This document shows, in pieces, positions 18,938 through 29,959 of a DNA stretch of 64,000 nt. Origin of the DNA: an uncultured Clostridia bacterium (GTDB lineage Bacteria > Bacillota > Clostridia > TANB77 > CAG-508); the NCBI GenBank assembly GCA_948777935.1, contig CAQDYY010000004.1:21264-85263 (forward strand), read 5' to 3'. Numbering within the stretch: position 1 is the stretch's first letter; every line of letters begins with the position of its first letter. The translations under genes were made by a program, and so were the position numbers. The notes beneath the pieces are model-generated. The model made no database searches. It was not told the origin of the DNA and saw only the letters and a program-made list of their open reading frames with translations.

Positions 18938-19090
18938 TAGCAACATCCTCTTCCGCATCCACATCCACAGTTTGTGAATAATAATAAGAATATGATGATG
19001 AAGAATAAAATTTCACTGTCACCACAACCTCCAAAAAGGCCTCCACAGTTATTGTTACATCCACATCCACAGTTTCTAGATTCTTCCATT
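18938..19090 (-). CDS. 50-aa Cys/Gly-rich small hydrophobic peptide (not the listed 60-aa frame)
   Basis: ATG at 19090 preceded by AAGGAGGG RBS; translation MEESRNCGCGCNNNCGGLFGGCGDSEILFFIIIFLLLFTNCGCGCGRGCC; followed by hairpin at 18892-18913. Confidence 0.4.
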
Positions 19091-19189
19091 GTTTTTCCCT
19101 CCTTGTTTGTTTTTATATGATATAGTATGAATTTTTTAAAATTTGTGTTACAATATTAATGAAATTTTTTAAAATTAGAGGTAATACAA

Positions 19190-21592
19190 ATGAATAAAAT
19201 AGAATTATTAGCACCTGTTGGTGATTTCGAATGCTTAAAGGCTGCTGTTCAAAATGGTGCAGATGCAGTTTATTTAGGTGCATCAATGTTTAGTGCAAGA
19301 GCTTCAGCTAAAAACTTTGATTTATCTGAACTTGAAGATGCGGTTAATTATGCTCATTTAAGAGATGTTAAGGTACATTTAGCACTAAATACACTAATTA
19401 AAAATAATGAATTAGAAGAAGCTTTGTCTCTTGCAAAAGAAGCATATAAAATGGGAATTGATGCTTTAATAGTACAAGATTATGGCTTATGTTCTATGCT
19501 TTTAAAATATATGCCAGAACTTCCTCTTCATGCAAGCACTCAAATGAGTATTCATAATTTAGAAGGTACAAAAGAATTAGAAAATTTAGGTTTTTCAAGG
19601 GCTGTGCTATCTCGTGAAACTTCTTTAACAGAATTAGAATTTATCAAATCTCATTCTAATATTGAACTTGAAGTATTCATCCATGGTGCTCTTTGTATTT
19701 CGTATTCTGGCCAATGCTTACTTTCTAGTATGATTGGTGGGCGTTCTCGGAAACCGTGGAAAATGTGCTGGAGCATGTAGGCTTCCTTACGAACTTATAG
19801 TAAATTCAAATAAGGAAATCTGTATGGATAAAGGCTATATACTAAGCCCTAAAGATTTATGTGGGCTTAACTTTATTCCAGATTTAATACGTATTGGTGT
19901 TTCTTCTTTAAAAATAGAAGGTCGTATGAAAACTCCTGAATATGTTGCAACTGTTACTAGAGTTTATAGAAAATACATTGATTTAGCATATTCTAATAAC
20001 AAATTTGTAGTAAGCGAGCAAGATAAAAAAGATTTACTACAAGTATTTAACCGTGGAGGCTTTTCTACAGGTCATTTAGATGCAGAACCAAATAGGAATT
20101 TAATTTTTAAAGAAAAACCTAGTAATGTTGGTGTTTATATTGGGAATGTAGCAAATTACAATAAAACTAAAGGACATATTACATTAAATTTAAATGATAA
20201 TTTAACAATTGGTGATACTATTGTTTTTGAAAAGGAAGATACTAAATATAGAATTTCTGAATTAATGATGGGAAAAAATAATATAGAGTATGCAGTAAAT
20301 CGGTCAACTTGTAACTATTGGAAGAATGAAAGGTAATATTAACCCTCGGAGATAAAATTTATAAATTAGAAAGTAAATCCCTTCTTACTAAAGCCAAAAA
20401 TTCTTATCAAGGTGAATTAAAAAAGCACCCTTTATCTTGTTATATTAAAATAGTAAAAAATGCCCCTGTTATGGTTACAGTATTTGCTTATAATATGAAT
20501 TTAGAAGTTAATTCTAATATAATACCCGTAGATGCTACTAATCAACCTATTACTAAAGAACGTGTTATAATGCAATTTTCAAAAACTGGAAATTCTTCTT
20601 TTGTTTTTACTAATTTTGATATTGAATTAGATGATAATTTGTACTTAAATATTGCTGATTTAAATGAATTACGACGTGAGTGTTTAGAAAAAGTATCTCA
20701 TTATATTATAAATAATGCTAAAAGAAAAAATCCAAGAACTTTGCCTACTTCTCTTGATTTTAAAACTGCCAAGAAAAAGATTTCAAAAAAGAAAATATCT
20801 CTTTTATTAAATATTTTAGATGTAAATACAAATTATTCAGAATTGGAAAAAGTAGACCGTATATACATACCATTAAAGTATTTTGCTATGTCAGATTATT
20901 CAAATATTATTAAAAACATAAGTGCTGAATTTGATACATACATTTATATGCCAACTATTATTAAATCAAATTACAGAAATCTATTTACTACTAATATTGA
21001 TAAAGCACTAGAAGAATACAATATAAAAGGGTTTGTTTTATCTAATTTAGGTACATTTAATATGCTTGAAAAGTATAAAGATAACTATGAGTTTATTGGA
21101 AATTATACTTTAAATGTGTTTAATAACTATTCTTTAGAAGCATACCAAAATTTAGGCTTAAATTTAATTACACTATCTCCTGAGTTAAATAAGCAAGATA
21201 TAATAGAAATTTCTAATTTAGCTTGTGTTAGTACAGAACTTATTGTATACGGAAATACTCCTGTTATGACTCTTGGATACTGTGTTTTAGGTAAATCTAA
21301 CAAGTGTTATCCAAATTGTAAATCACTTTGTAAGAGCAAACATAATTATTATTTAAAAGATAGATTAGGACTTTATTTTCCTGTAATCCCAGATTCTATC
21401 CAGACTATTAATACGATTTATAATAGTAAAGTTACATCTCTTGATTTTTCTGAACTACCTATAGATTCTGTTAGAATTGATATTTTAAATGAAAATATTT
21501 TAGAAATTAATAAAATAATTGATACTGTAAGACATGAAAAAAGATTTGAAGGAAAAGATTATACAAATGCTAATTTTATAAGAGAAGTATAG
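19190..21592 (+). pseudogene. U32-family peptidase (collagenase-like), interrupted by two frameshifts (~19755 and ~20330)
   Basis: 'LLAPVGDFECLKAAVQNGADAVYLG' U32 N-terminus; U32 'SGRS-GNRGKCAGACR' motif split across frames by an inserted base (tctCgga); third ORF 20471-21592 is the C-terminal domain. Confidence 0.8.
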
Positions 21593-21603
21593 AATGTAGG
21601 GGC

Positions 21604-21657
21604 ACCGTTTGCCGGGAATACATCGTAGGACCTGACACCACTGTGCCCTTTTTCTAC
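21604..21657. repeat. R1 palindromic repeat unit (orientation B)
   Basis: TGTAGGGGCACCGTTTGCCGGGAATAC…GACACCACTGTGCCC; inverted partner at 22006-22058. Confidence 0.75.
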
Positions 21658-21662
21658 ATTTT

Positions 21663-21974
21663 TTACACTGGATTACTGCTTAGTTTGATTATTAGTTCCA
21701 TATTATCATCTGTTGCCATTTTATTTTTACGTATCTTTCCACATTTTTTGCATTTAAATACTATTACATACCCTTTTTTAGAATTGGTTTCTATACCAAT
21801 TGGCTCTAAATCTCCATGGCACTCTTCTGCCCTGTCTCCTGGATTTATATCTACATGTTTGGAATGTAAACAATATGGGCAATGATTACGGCATGAATAG
21901 CCTAATTTTGGTACTTCTTTGCCACAATTTTCACATATAAATTCTTCATCTATTTCTGTAAATTTGCTTAACAT
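21663..21974 (-). CDS. RNHCP-domain zinc-finger protein
   Basis: 'SCRNHCPYCLHSKH' RNHCP signature with multiple CxxC pairs; likely start is the internal Met (RBS AAAGGA); upstream 33 codons of the listed ORF overlap the R1 repeat. Confidence 0.7.
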   Translation of the reverse strand: MLSKFTEIDEEFICENCGKEVPKLGYSCRNHCPYCLHSKHVDINPGDRAEECHGDLEPIGIETNSKKGYVIVFKCKKCGKIRKNKMATDDNMELIIKLSSNPV

Positions 21975-22005
21975 AGTGTAATCCTTTCTAAATACTAAAT
22001 AATAA

Positions 22006-22058
22006 GGGCACAGTGGTGTCATGTCCATAGATGTATTCCCACAAACGGTGCCCCTACA
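22006..22058. repeat. R1 palindromic repeat unit (orientation A)
   Basis: GGGCACAGTGGTGTCATGTC…GTATTCCCACAAACGGTGCCCCTACA. Confidence 0.75.
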
Positions 22059-22072
22059 TTCTTCTTTTCTCA

Positions 22073-23712
22073 CTAATCTGCAAGTAAACTTCCGCCTATA
22101 AATTCACGTATTAGTGATGTTTTAGGTATTGCTTCTTGTGGAATGGATTCAAAATAACTTAATAAACGAATTAGTCTAGTTGCTTCTGCATATTCTGGTT
22201 GTGTGTTTTTAATTTCTTTTAGTAGTGGCAGTGCATAATCTTTTAATACTCCTAATTCATATATAAGTGATGAATTAAACATACTATTTGCTTCTTCTTG
22301 GAATGGATATATGTATCTTTCTTCTCCACGGTTTACAGAATACCACATTTTTATAGTATGTGTTGCACTATACCCTCTAAATTGATTATCTCTTACAATT
22401 CTTCTAATTAACCTAGTATCTGTTGTTGAGATACGATTGTAGTAATCTATATTTAATACAGTTAATGCACTAATATAGATTTTGTATTTTTGTTCTTTTG
22501 AAATAGAATTTGTTAAACGGTCATTTAAACAGTGGATTCCTTCAATTACTAATATTTCATCATCCGCTAGTTTCATTGTTTCTCCATTATATTTTTTATG
22601 TCCAGTAGTAAAATCAAAAGTTGGAACTTTAATTTCTTCACCATTTAATAATTTTAATAAATGTTCATTAAATAAATTAATATCTAATGCCTCTATACAC
22701 TCAAAATCATAGTTTCCGTTTTCATCTTTGGGGTTATCTTCTCTTTCTACAAAATAATTGTCTACTGATATAGTTACTGGCTTTAACCCATTTAATCTTA
22801 GTTGAATTCCTAATCTTTTCGCAAAAGTAGTTTTTCCAGATGAAGATGGTCCTGCAATTAAAACTACCTTTACTTGCTTATTTTTTGCAATATTATCCGC
22901 AAGTTCGGCAATTTTCTTTTCATGTAAACTTTCAGATAATAAAACTGCATCTTGTGCATTGTCTTTTTTTACTTCACGATTTAGTTTGTAAATAGTATTA
23001 ATTCCAATTAGTTTATATATATCTTCATATTCGTCTAAAGTTGAAACTAATTTTTTATTTTCTACAAATGGGCTAAGTTTTGTTGGTGTTTTCCAATTTG
23101 GATAACGTACAATAAATCCATCTCTATATTTTACAATATCATATACTTTTGTATACCCTGTAGATATTGGCATAACTCCAAAAAAGTAATTGAAATATTC
23201 TTCACAGTAGTATAGTGATGCTCCAAATGTGTTTTCTGTATCTATTTGTATTCTTCCTTTTAATGTTTTTTCTTTTTCGTAAAATTCTTGTGCTTCTTTT
23301 ACGGTCATTTTCACTTTTCTAATTTCTAAGTCTTTATCAATAATTTCTCCCATTTTACTATGAATATTTTGTATCATCTCTTCTGTTACTTTCATATTTT
23401 CTAATTCACAAAACATAGCATTTGAAAGCTGGTAATTTACTGTTAAAAGTGCTTCTGGATATAACTCGTTTAATGCTTTTGCTGCAATATACATTATACC
23501 TCTTATATAAATCATCATTCCATCTTTACTATTTAAATCAATTAGCTCTACATTTGAATTTTCAGTTAATTTTAAGTTTAAACTTCTTACTTCATTATTA
23601 CACATACATGCAATTACTTCTGTTTTTGCATTTTTAATTTCTTCTTTTAATAATTCATATACTGTAACTCCGTGGAGTAGCATCTAATATTCTATTTTCG
23701 TATGTAATTTTC
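22073..23712 (-). CDS. uridine-kinase-family nucleoside kinase with N-terminal TGS-like domain; probable 5' frameshift
   Basis: P-loop 'IAGPSSSGKTTFAKRL'; ATG at 23712 gives MKITYENRILD… in another frame that stops before joining the listed frame at TTG 23683. Confidence 0.75.
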
Positions 23713-23818
23713 ATGTTTTCCTCCTTATCCTATACACACAACATCTTTTTTAGTATATTCTTCTGGTTTTAATCCAATTCTTGTTTTCATATATATTGCA
23801 AATAATAATGTAATAAAA

Positions 23819-24994
23819 CTAGTTCCTATTCCCATTACTATCATAGCATATTGTATTTCCATAATTGTAAGTAAATACGAACCGTACTGCTCCTGCAATT
23901 ACTCTAAAAATACTTGCTATTATACTATATATAGAATATATTTTTGTAAGCATTTCTGGTGTCATAAAGTTACACATATATCTTTTACTTATAATTTTAT
24001 ATACTCCTTTATCTGACATTCTTACAATATATGTAAATATAATAATTGCAAGCATTGGTATTCTATACATTCCCATTACTACAACTGCACCTGCAATGGC
24101 AATTCCTAATGTCATTCTAAGTGATATATATGTTAATGTTTTGTTAGTATGCTTTTCATTGAATTGGTTTGCTTTTACTGCTGCTTTTCCTTGTACCACA
24201 TCTAGTATAGCAAGTATAATACCAATAAATGTAGCAGATACATTTATATCTTTTAATAATGTAGTTTGATATGTTCCAAATAAGCACATTAGTCCCCACA
24301 TAAAACCTAGCATAAGTAGCAAACTTTTTAATCTAGGTGATTTGAATATAAATTTAAACCCATCTTTTACTTCACTTATGCTTTCTTTTACTGTTTTTGA
24401 TTTTTCTTCTTTAACATCAATAAAGTTTAAAGAAATAATAAGTGCAAATAACATAAAAATTATAGCAAGTATAATTGGAATATATGGATTTATATCATAT
24501 AGAAAGCCAGACATAAATGTTGTTATTGCAGATATATAACAATATCTTGAATATCCTTTGCTATTAATTTTTGAAAATATTTTACCTTTTAAGTGTCCTT
24601 CTGGTATTGATTTATTTAGTAATGGTTCTTCTACTATAGATTTAAATGCCCATCCTATTGCTGATGAAAATTGTGATAAAATAATCATAAAATAATTTTT
24701 TGAAAATAAAATTAGAATTACTTCTAATGTCCAAAATATATTTCCTAATATAACACTTTTTCTTGTCCCTACCTTTGAAACTATAACCGTTATAGGAATT
24801 TGTAAAATCATTTTAAAAAATGCATATATTGATTCCATAAAAACAACATTAGCATTTGAAACCCCCTTTACCTGTGTTAAAAATAATACTTTTACTGCAT
24901 TAAAAAATAATACATCAGCTGCTAATGTTTTATATGCTGGATATAACTTCATATTCAATTTTCTTTTTTTTGCAAGTTTTCTTTCTTCTTCCAT
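23819..24994 (-). CDS. MFS-type transporter
   Basis: about 12 predicted TM segments; probable start at MEEERKL with GGAGGA RBS. Confidence 0.65.
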   Translation of the reverse strand: MEEERKLAKKRKLNMKLYPAYKTLAADVLFFNAVKVLFLTQVKGVSNANVVFMESIYAFFKMILQIPITVIVSKVGTRKSVILGNIFWTLEVILILFSKNYFMIILSQFSSAIGWAFKSIVEEPLLNKSIPEGHLKGKIFSKINSKGYSRYCYISAITTFMSGFLYDINPYIPIILAIIFMLFALIISLNFIDVKEEKSKTVKESISEVKDGFKFIFKSPRLKSLLLMLGFMWGLMCLFGTYQTTLLKDINVSATFIGIILAILDVVQGKAAVKANQFNEKHTNKTLTYISLRMTLGIAIAGAVVVMGMYRIPMLAIIIFTYIVRMSDKGVYKIISKRYMCNFMTPEMLTKIYSIYSIIASIFRVIAGAVRFVFTYNYGNTICYDSNGNRN

Positions 24995-25129
24995 TGTTCC
25001 TCCTAAATATCTTTTGCATGTTCTAAATGATTTTATCATAATGATTTTTTAAAATCAATGGATATTGGTATATTTTTGGTTTATCAAGGATATACTTTAG
25101 TAAAGTTATAATTTTAGGAGGTACAAGCT

Positions 25130-25312
25130 ATGAATTTACAAAGATTACACACTATGTTAAATAATAAGGAAAAGGTTGATGTTTATTATGATGAAAGACC
25201 TGTATGGGTTCAAGAAGTTCATGATAATATTGCTAAAATTAGTTTTGTCGATAATTGTGAAGAAAAAGATGTTTATATAGAAGATTTATATGAAAATGAT
25301 TTATATAATTAG
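25130..25312 (+). CDS. small acidic hypothetical protein (60 aa)
   Basis: AGGAGG RBS; strong terminator immediately downstream. Confidence 0.45.
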   Translation: MNLQRLHTMLNNKEKVDVYYDERPVWVQEVHDNIAKISFVDNCEEKDVYIEDLYENDLYN

Positions 25313-25341
25313 AGAGCACTCTTAAGAGTGCTCCTTTTTGC
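25313..25341. terminator. bidirectional rho-independent terminator (GAGCACTCTTAAGAGTGCTC + TTTTT)
   Basis: perfect 8-bp palindrome with T-run; between convergent ORFs. Confidence 0.7.
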
Positions 25342-25573
25342 TAATATATACATCATATGTCTTTTTCTCAAGCTTAAATTTATCTTGCTTTTCTTCAATG
25401 CATATACTAACATCGAATTTTTTTTCAGTATCACATGCTGCATCTTCACTTGACTCCTTCTTGAATTTGTCACAGAAAAAGTCTAATGCCTTTGTATACT
25501 CTTTGTTTTCAACGTGTCCTCTTACCTCTCTATTACTGGGTAAGATTCTTGAAGCTATCGTTGTTTTCATCAT
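25322..25573 (-). CDS. hypothetical Cys-containing acidic protein (weak call)
   Basis: ORF only; 3' end overlaps the terminator hairpin. Confidence 0.3.
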   Translation of the reverse strand: MMKTTIASRILPSNREVRGHVENKEYTKALDFFCDKFKKESSEDAACDTEKKFDVSICIEEKQDKFKLEKKTYDVYISKKEHS

Positions 25574-25643
25574 ATGCCTTCCTCCGTTTATTTTGCATTA
25601 TTTTATACCTATATTATACTATATATTTAAAAAATAATAAATA

Positions 25644-27026
25644 CTAAAATTCGACTTTTTCTTGCAACCATGTATTTAAATCACTAATTTTTACTCTTAC
25701 TTGTTCCATTGTGTCTCTATCACGTATAGTTACAGTGTCATCTTCTAATGTATCAAAATCTATTGTTACACAATATGGTGTTCCTATTTCATCTTCTCTT
25801 CTATAGCGCTTTCCTATTGAACCTGATTCATCATAATCACACATAAACCTCTTAGAAAGGCTAGTATATACCTCTTCTGCTTTTTTAGATAATTTTTTAG
25901 ATAGTGGTAATACTGCTACTTTATATGGTGCAAGTGCTGGATGTAAATGTAGCACAATTCTTGTATCATCTTCTGCTATTTTTTCTTCTTCATAGCTATT
26001 ACATAAAAATGCAAGTGCAACACGGTCACATCCAAGAGATGGCTCTATACAATATGGTATGTATTTTTCATTTGTTTCTGGATCTAAATAGCTTAAATCT
26101 TCCTTAGAATGGTTTGCATGCTGTGTTAAATCATAATCTGTTCTATCTGCAATTCCCCATAATTCTCCCCATCCAAATGGGAAATCAAATTCAATATCTG
26201 TTGTTGCTGCACTGTAGAAAACAAGTTCTTCTTTTGAGTGATCTCTTAAACGTATATTTTCTTCTTTCATACCTAAATCAATTAAGAATTTTTTACAGTA
26301 ATCTTTCCAATATGCATGCCACTCTAAATCTGTTCCTGGTTTACAGAAAAACTCTAATTCCATTTGTTCAAATTCTCTTGTTCTAAAAGTAAAATTTCCT
26401 GGTGTAATTTCATTACGAAATGCTTTACCAATTTGTGCAATTCCCATTGGTAATTTTCTTCTTGTTGTTCTTAATACATTTTTAAAATTAACAAAAATTC
26501 CTTGTGCTGTTTCTGGTCTTAAATATAACTGTGTAGTTGAATCTTCTGTTACTCCTTGGAATGTTTTAAACATTAAATTGAATTTTCTAATGTCAGTAAA
26601 GTTTTCTTTTCCACAATTTGGACATGAAATATGATTGTTTTTAATAAATTCAACCATTTCTTCATCTTTCATTCCATCTGCAATCATATCATTTCCATTA
26701 TCATGTGCCCATTCTTCTATTAATTTATCTGCTCTATGTCTTGTTTTACATTCTTTACAATCTATTAATGGATCACTAAATCCCCCTACATGCCCTGATG
26801 CTACCCATGTTTCTGGGTTCATTAAAATAGCAGCATCTAAGCCAACATTATACCTACTTTCTTGTACGAACTTTTTCATCCATGCCTTTTTAATATTGTT
26901 TTTTAATTCCACTCCTAGTGGTCCATAATCCCATGAATTTGCAAGCCCTCCATAAATTTCTGAGCCAGGATACACATATCCTCTTGCCTTACATAAATTT
27001 ACCATAGTTTCCATTGAATCTAACAT
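25644..27026 (-). CDS. glyQS: glycine--tRNA ligase (alpha2 homodimeric type)
   Basis: '[26 protein letters not shown]' class-II GlyRS signature; full length. Confidence 0.95.
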   Translation of the reverse strand: MLDSMETMVNLCKARGYVYPGSEIYGGLANSWDYGPLGVELKNNIKKAWMKKFVQESRYNVGLDAAILMNPETWVASGHVGGFSDPLIDCKECKTRHRADKLIEEWAHDNGNDMIADGMKDEEMVEFIKNNHISCPNCGKENFTDIRKFNLMFKTFQGVTEDSTTQLYLRPETAQGIFVNFKNVLRTTRRKLPMGIAQIGKAFRNEITPGNFTFRTREFEQMELEFFCKPGTDLEWHAYWKDYCKKFLIDLGMKEENIRLRDHSKEELVFYSAATTDIEFDFPFGWGELWGIADRTDYDLTQHANHSKEDLSYLDPETNEKYIPYCIEPSLGCDRVALAFLCNSYEEEKIAEDDTRIVLHLHPALAPYKVAVLPLSKKLSKKAEEVYTSLSKRFMCDYDESGSIGKRYRREDEIGTPYCVTIDFDTLEDDTVTIRDRDTMEQVRVKISDLNTWLQEKVEF

Positions 27027-27083
27027 AAAAATACCTCCAAATTTGGTATATTATATACACTTTTTAAGAAATAGTCAATATTT

Positions 27084-27743
27084 TTATTTCTTTTCTTCTT
27101 GCTCTTTTTTTCTAGTTAATTCGTTTTCATATCCTGTTACTGTAATCATTGTTACAAGTATATATATAAGAATTGCAACAGGTATGGCGTATACTCCTAC
27201 TGGAATTCTTAAAATTTGAATTATACTTGCAAATACTGCTTCTGATACAATTAATCTAAGTAATAATGTAATTATTACTTTAAATGCACCTAATTTTAAA
27301 TAACGAATTCCTAAATATGCCAATATAATTATAGTAGTAATAACTATTGGAGCAATATATGGTTTTATTATATCTCTTATACGATAATGTGGTATAGTCA
27401 TGGTTGTTACATTACTATCTATTTCTTCTATTTCATACTTTTCTTTTACTTTGTCTTTTAAAACTGTTAGTTCTTCATCATTTAATTCTTTTATATTAAT
27501 TGCTATGGAATCATTAAATGTTTCGATATTTTGATATTTAATTTCTTTATTTTTAAATACATCTTTTACAATTTGCTTCATATCTTCCACATTAAATTCT
27601 TTTCCAATATAAACATCAATTCTTGTATGTTCTGAATATTCTAAGGAGAAATTTGTTTTCCATATACATGTTACAATTATTCCCACAATTATAATTAAAA
27701 CTGCTATTAGATAAATAATTTTTGGATTTTTTATTTTTTCCAT
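27084..27743 (-). CDS. SecF-like membrane protein (divergent, short)
   Basis: N-terminal TM, extracytoplasmic domain, C-terminal TM bundle; in operon with SecD-like gene. Confidence 0.4.
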   Translation of the reverse strand: MEKIKNPKIIYLIAVLIIIVGIIVTCIWKTNFSLEYSEHTRIDVYIGKEFNVEDMKQIVKDVFKNKEIKYQNIETFNDSIAINIKELNDEELTVLKDKVKEKYEIEEIDSNVTTMTIPHYRIRDIIKPYIAPIVITTIIILAYLGIRYLKLGAFKVIITLLLRLIVSEAVFASIIQILRIPVGVYAIPVAILIYILVTMITVTGYENELTRKKEQEEKK

Positions 27744-27756
27744 ATTCTTCTCCTTT

Positions 27757-29139
27757 CTATTTTCTTACCTCTTTTAAATCAAATAAAAGATTCATTACAA
27801 TATAGTTATATAACATAAGTATTACTATTCCCCAAAATAGTAACATACCAATACTTGCAATAGGTAACCAATTTATAAATGTAAATACAATCGCAATTAT
27901 GCATAATGGTAATAATATACTTACATATCGTTTATATGTTTCTTTTATAATTTCTACCTTATTTCCTTCTGCTTTTTCAAATTTTCTTAATGCATATTGA
28001 AGCATTAGGAAATTTGAAACTAATATACCAATTATTGCAACTATTGCTTCTACTGATATTGTAACATTTGCATAACGAACAACTAGTAATATAATTGCCA
28101 TAAGTCCACATGTTCCTATTATAGCAAATATTCCATTTGCCCTATAACGAATACCCCAATATATAAATCCTATTACTTGAATAGCTATTATTACACACAA
28201 TACTACTTTTATATCTATATTATCGATTGATGCAGAAACATAATTATTTTCAGATAATTCATATTTGATTTTCATTACATCATTTTTAATAAGCCCTGCT
28301 ATTTGATTTGCCTGTTTTACATAGTCAGATATTTCTTCATTTGAAGTTGATGCACTTCCAATAGATAGCTCTAAGCTACCTGTTGTTATAGGTTCATCAA
28401 AATAAGTTTCTAGTAAGGTCTCATCATCTAATTTGATTGATATTTTATTTGTTGTATCATTTCCTTCTTCGTCTTTAGATGATATATATGTTCTTGTAAT
28501 ATCCTCTAATTTTTGTTTTCCTTCTTTATTAAATTCGATACTTAAATATACTCTTGTACCTGTATTTGTATTTCCATAAACTGCTGCTGCATTTTTTATA
28601 TTACTATTATCCATTAATACTTCATCTGTTTTGCTATCTTTTATTTCAAATTTTCCTAAGTAGCTAAGATTTGAAATTGCTGTATCTGTATAATTATCTT
28701 CTGGAATTGCTACAATAACTTCACCATTACTATAATTTAGTCTTAAATCATATTCACTAATTCCCATATTATCTAAACGGTTTTGCATAATTTTCTTTGC
28801 CAATTCATAATTTTTTTCATTTAATACATCTTCAGAATTTACTGGTTTATTTTCTTTAGTATATCCTTCTTTTAATGTACCATCTTCATTGGTTCCATCT
28901 GTTACTACATTTCCTTCAGCATCATATATAATTTCTTCTGTTTTATCACTAATTTTAAATTTTGCTACTCTTGCTCCACTTAAGTTCATTCCCATACTAT
29001 ATTCTGGCATTATGTTTGTCATTTTTCCTTGTTTCTTTATATAGATTCCACAAAATGAAATAAGACATATTGCAATAATTACCAAAACTGTTAATCCTTT
29101 TATTAATTTACTCTTTTTCATTATTTCCTCCTCATACAT
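27757..29139 (-). CDS. SecD-like membrane protein (divergent)
   Basis: topology (TM + large periplasmic domain + C-terminal TMs) and 'QNRLDNMGISE' resembling SecD 'RNRIDALGVSEP'. Confidence 0.45.
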   Translation of the reverse strand: MYEEEIMKKSKLIKGLTVLVIIAICLISFCGIYIKKQGKMTNIMPEYSMGMNLSGARVAKFKISDKTEEIIYDAEGNVVTDGTNEDGTLKEGYTKENKPVNSEDVLNEKNYELAKKIMQNRLDNMGISEYDLRLNYSNGEVIVAIPEDNYTDTAISNLSYLGKFEIKDSKTDEVLMDNSNIKNAAAVYGNTNTGTRVYLSIEFNKEGKQKLEDITRTYISSKDEEGNDTTNKISIKLDDETLLETYFDEPITTGSLELSIGSASTSNEEISDYVKQANQIAGLIKNDVMKIKYELSENNYVSASIDNIDIKVVLCVIIAIQVIGFIYWGIRYRANGIFAIIGTCGLMAIILLVVRYANVTISVEAIVAIIGILVSNFLMLQYALRKFEKAEGNKVEIIKETYKRYVSILLPLCIIAIVFTFINWLPIASIGMLLFWGIVILMLYNYIVMNLLFDLKEVRK

Positions 29140-29161
29140 TTTATTTTCTTAATTTTATTTT

Positions 29162-29821
29162 TTATAATAACTTTGTATTATTAATAACTAATTCAAACCA
29201 TATTCCTAAATATTTAGCTGCATATTTACTCATCATAGTTCTATCCATAAATATTTCAAAATAGTCTAATACTGGGCATATTTCTGTATCTATATTAATA
29301 TTTAATATTACTTTTCTTTCTTCTTTATCTAAATCTAGTTTTGTATTTGTTACTGCATAATTTACTTTATCATGTTTTCCAAATGTAGCAATATTCTTAT
29401 TAACTACCCTATCTCTATGAACATCAGATTTATCTGCTAGAATAAGTGCTGCTGAAATATCACTAACAGCTGTTCCTGTTTGTTCATCATGGTTTCCTAT
29501 TGCCATCATAATTTCAATCCTATCTTTATCACACATTCCCATATCTTTTAAAATGTTATATGCGAGTAATGCTCCAGACTGTGCATGGTCAACACGGTTT
29601 ACGCAATTTCCAATATCATGTAAATATCCTGCAATTTTTGCAAGTTCAATTCTCTCTTCACTATAATCAAATATTCTTAAAATGTCTGCCGCTCTTTTTG
29701 AAACAATACTAATATGCCTTATTGAATGTTCCGTAAAACCTAATACATTTAATTGTTTCTGGGTTCCTTCAATTAAGGCTTGAACTTCCTTATTATTTTT
29801 CACATCCTCTAATGTTATCAT
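29162..29821 (-). CDS. HD-domain phosphohydrolase
   Basis: 'HSIRHISIVSKRA…AGYLHDIGN' HD motif. Confidence 0.75.
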   Translation of the reverse strand: MITLEDVKNNKEVQALIEGTQKQLNVLGFTEHSIRHISIVSKRAADILRIFDYSEERIELAKIAGYLHDIGNCVNRVDHAQSGALLAYNILKDMGMCDKDRIEIMMAIGNHDEQTGTAVSDISAALILADKSDVHRDRVVNKNIATFGKHDKVNYAVTNTKLDLDKEERKVILNINIDTEICPVLDYFEIFMDRTMMSKYAAKYLGIWFELVINNTKLL

Positions 29822-29959
29822 TCGTTACCTCCGTAAAGTTTTTTCTTTTAATGTACCACTTTTCGTATTAATTTATACGCTATAGGTATTCTATAACAAA
29901 AAAGAACACTTTTCAAGTGTTCTTTTAATATATTTTTGATATTTTCATCATGCAAAGTA

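Noticed and set aside
18888-19070. Listed 60-aa ORF MDVDVTITVEAF…
   Set aside because: This is the wrong frame. The alternative frame on the same strand has a strong RBS and encodes a coherent Cys/Gly-rich peptide (reported instead).
21975-22073. N-terminal 33 codons of the listed RNHCP ORF (MRKEECRGTVCGNTSMDMTPLCP…)
   Set aside because: This segment is the translation of an R1 repeat unit. An internal Met with an AAAGGA RBS gives the expected ~100-aa RNHCP protein.
27027-27083. Expected T-box riboswitch upstream of glyQS
   Set aside because: Only 57 nt separate glyQS from the preceding gene, and there is no T-box (AGGGTGGNACCGCG) sequence. glyQS appears internal to an operon.
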